DNA from: Mytilus trossulus
Taxonomy: Eukaryota
Length of the DNA: 64,000 nt
Reading direction: 5' to 3'
NCBI RefSeq assembly: GCF_036588685.1
Contig: NC_086374.1
Coordinates: 54,560,001-54,624,000 of the forward strand
The first letter of the stretch is position 1. Each line of letters opens with the position of its first letter. Position numbers and translations under genes: made by a program. The notes under the pieces were generated by a model. The model searched no databases. It saw only the letters and a program-made list of their open reading frames with translations, and was not told the origin of the DNA. Shown here in pieces: positions 63,402-64,000 of this stretch.

Positions 63402-64000
63402 GTAAATATTCATCACATTCTACCAAAATTATTAAGCCTATAAATAAAAATAGTGTTAAGGCTACATAGCTCTTGAACCTATTCAAATCAGTCACAACTA
63501 TTAATGAATTTCAGTTTATTAAAGGGCATCGTTGTCAAATTCATGTTCACATATTTATTTTTTTTATTTTTAGCTCACCTGGCCCAAAGGTGACGTCAAT
63601 TGTTGTCGTCGTTAACTTTTACAAAAATCCTCTCAAACTACTGGGCCAAATTTAACCAAACTTGGCCACAATCATCATTAGCGTATCTAGTTTAAAAAGA
63701 AAACCAAGATTGCCGCCATGGCTAAAAATAGAACATGGGGTTATAAAACTTAAACCAAAGCATTTACAGAAAAGCTTTAAAAAAATGTTTATCAAGTCAA
63801 GATCTATCTGCCCTGAAAGTTTCAGATGAATTGGACAACCGATTGTTGAGTTGCTACCCCTGAATTGGTAATTTTAAGGAAATTTAGCCGTTTTGGTTAT
63901 AATCTTGAATATTATTATACAGTACTCTTCAAAAATATCGATTCAATAACTTTTTTCTCCGATTTCCGTGTTTCTCGGAATCACACCGAGTACCGCGGAT

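Overview
AT-rich animal genomic DNA with spliceosomal introns. The repeat families suggest a bivalve, probably Mytilus; this is an inference, not a search result. From left to right the window holds: (1) a tandem cluster of secreted carboxylesterase genes on the minus strand (the 5' part of one copy, one apparently complete 11-exon copy with an intact Ser-Glu-His triad, and a dead exon-1 remnant); (2) a full-length but disabled LINE in intron 1 of the complete copy; (3) a TTC19 homologue; (4) the 5' part of a TDRD5-like triple-LOTUS piRNA-pathway gene. The main find is a 16,318-bp DNA transposon (45413-61730) in intron 2 of the TDRD5-like gene. It has 521-bp terminal inverted repeats (TIRs), TAT...ATA ends and a perfect 6-bp target-site duplication (TSD, CATTAC), the signature of the IS3EU group. 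It carries two intact, convergent, intron-containing genes that both begin with a SAM domain 14 bp inside each TIR: a SAM-HTH-DDE transposase (446 aa) and a SAM-UBZ-HECT ubiquitin-ligase-like protein (664 aa). Each TIR contains 17 copies of a core motif repeated with a ~21-bp period. Smaller finds include an intact hammerhead-ribozyme retrozyme, a probable P-element excision footprint, a Transib-like element and many MITEs, SINEs and Penelope-type fragments. Exon models were read by eye from splice sites and codon phase; no database searches were run.
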